Assembly (NCBI GenBank): GCA_026770705.1
Contig: JANJGN010000014.1
Coordinates: 125,364,001-125,428,000 of the forward strand
Length of the DNA stretch: 64,000 nucleotides
DNA from: Isurus oxyrinchus
Taxonomy: Eukaryota
Direction of reading: 5' to 3'
This document shows, in pieces, positions 63,191-64,000 of this stretch (position 1 is its first letter; every line of letters begins with the position of its first letter). The notes under the pieces were generated by a model. That model worked only from the letters and a program-made list of their open reading frames with translations. It ran no database searches and was not told the DNA's origin. A program made the position numbers and the translations under genes.

Positions 63191-63812
63191 GGCAGGATTT
63201 TTTGGATGGTGGGATTTCCTGCTCTGCCACCTGAAGAGCCGGCAGTGAATGCATCCCCACTTACCACAGCAGTAACCTGATTGGCCAGCAGCTCTGCAGT
63301 CCCGGAATCAGCAGCAGCAGCAGCAGTGGCCAGGACTGGCCCAGGTTCTCAGTCCTGGAGTCCAGGGCCAGGTAAGTGTGGGGGGGTTCTCATATCAGGG
63401 AGTGGAAGTCAGGCCCAGGGTGGGGCGGGGAGTTGCTAGGTTGGGTTGGGACACAGGGTTGGAGTTCTTGCTGGAGAGGCCAGACGGTACAGGGAACATC
63501 TATGGGGGTGGGGGAGGAGGGAGGTGGTTGAGTGAAACCTTGGTGGAAGGGTGTCTGATGTGGAAAGGGGGCTCCTGAAGGGGACCACCCCCAACTCCCA
63601 CCCAAGCCCAGGACAGGGTGACCCCCCAGGCTTTCCCCTGTCCCAGAAATCCTCCCACCAGCCATAAAATCAAGGTTGGGCAGGAAATGGCCTTTAAGTG
63701 GCCAATAATTGGCCAAGTCAGGGCAGGCAGGGGGCAGAGGGAAGGCAATCCAGGTAAATTTAAGGGCCACCTGCCTGCGATCCCACCAGTGGGGTACTCT
63801 ATAGTTCTGCCC
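63191..63812. mobile_element. GC-rich non-autonomous DNA-transposon-like repeat
   Basis: Ends ggcaggatttt...agttctgccc. Related to 44072-44626. Confidence 0.45.
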
Positions 63813-63819
63813 AGTCATT

Positions 63820-64000
63820 TTAAGGAGGTTCTTAAATGAGGAGATGGAGAGGTGGAGCAGAATGGAGTTCCAGAATGTGGGATCTAGTTGGTTAAAGGCA
63901 CAGCCACCAATAGTGGAATGGTGAGAAGGGTTTGCACTAGAGGACAGAGCCAGAGGAACAGAGAGTTGAGTGGGTTGTAGTTCTAGAGAGAGTTACAGAG
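63820..64000 (-). mobile_element. L2 3' fragment running off the window
   Basis: ttttaaggagg..cttaaa.gaggaga...gagttccaga...aaggcacagccacca...gttacagag, as in the other L2 copies. Confidence 0.7.

Overview
Eukaryotic, repeat-dense vertebrate DNA. The repeat complement (several CR1 subfamilies, L2, RTE, Deu-domain SINEs, Neptune-type Penelope elements) suggests a cartilaginous fish; this is an inference. I recognise no host protein-coding exon. A CpG-island promoter at about 35.1-36.2 kb, with a minisatellite of NRF1-like motifs, appears to drive a minus-strand transcript. Its candidate exons (35368+, 17681-18156, 8326-8450, about 3908-4046) are rich in upstream AUGs and start-stop elements and can splice into a 102-aa ORF. 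The most notable mobile elements are (i) a very young Penelope insertion (30808-33142) with an uninterrupted RT + GIY-YIG frame, a 13-bp TSD, a perfect 126-bp inverted terminal copy and a hammerhead-like motif with a recurrent non-canonical core (CUGU[C/U]GA), plus six shorter copies with stereotyped ends; and (ii) an APE-RT LINE (22800-26380) with a tRNA-like Pol III head and no room for ORF1. Repeat boundaries were read by eye and are approximate unless a TSD is given.
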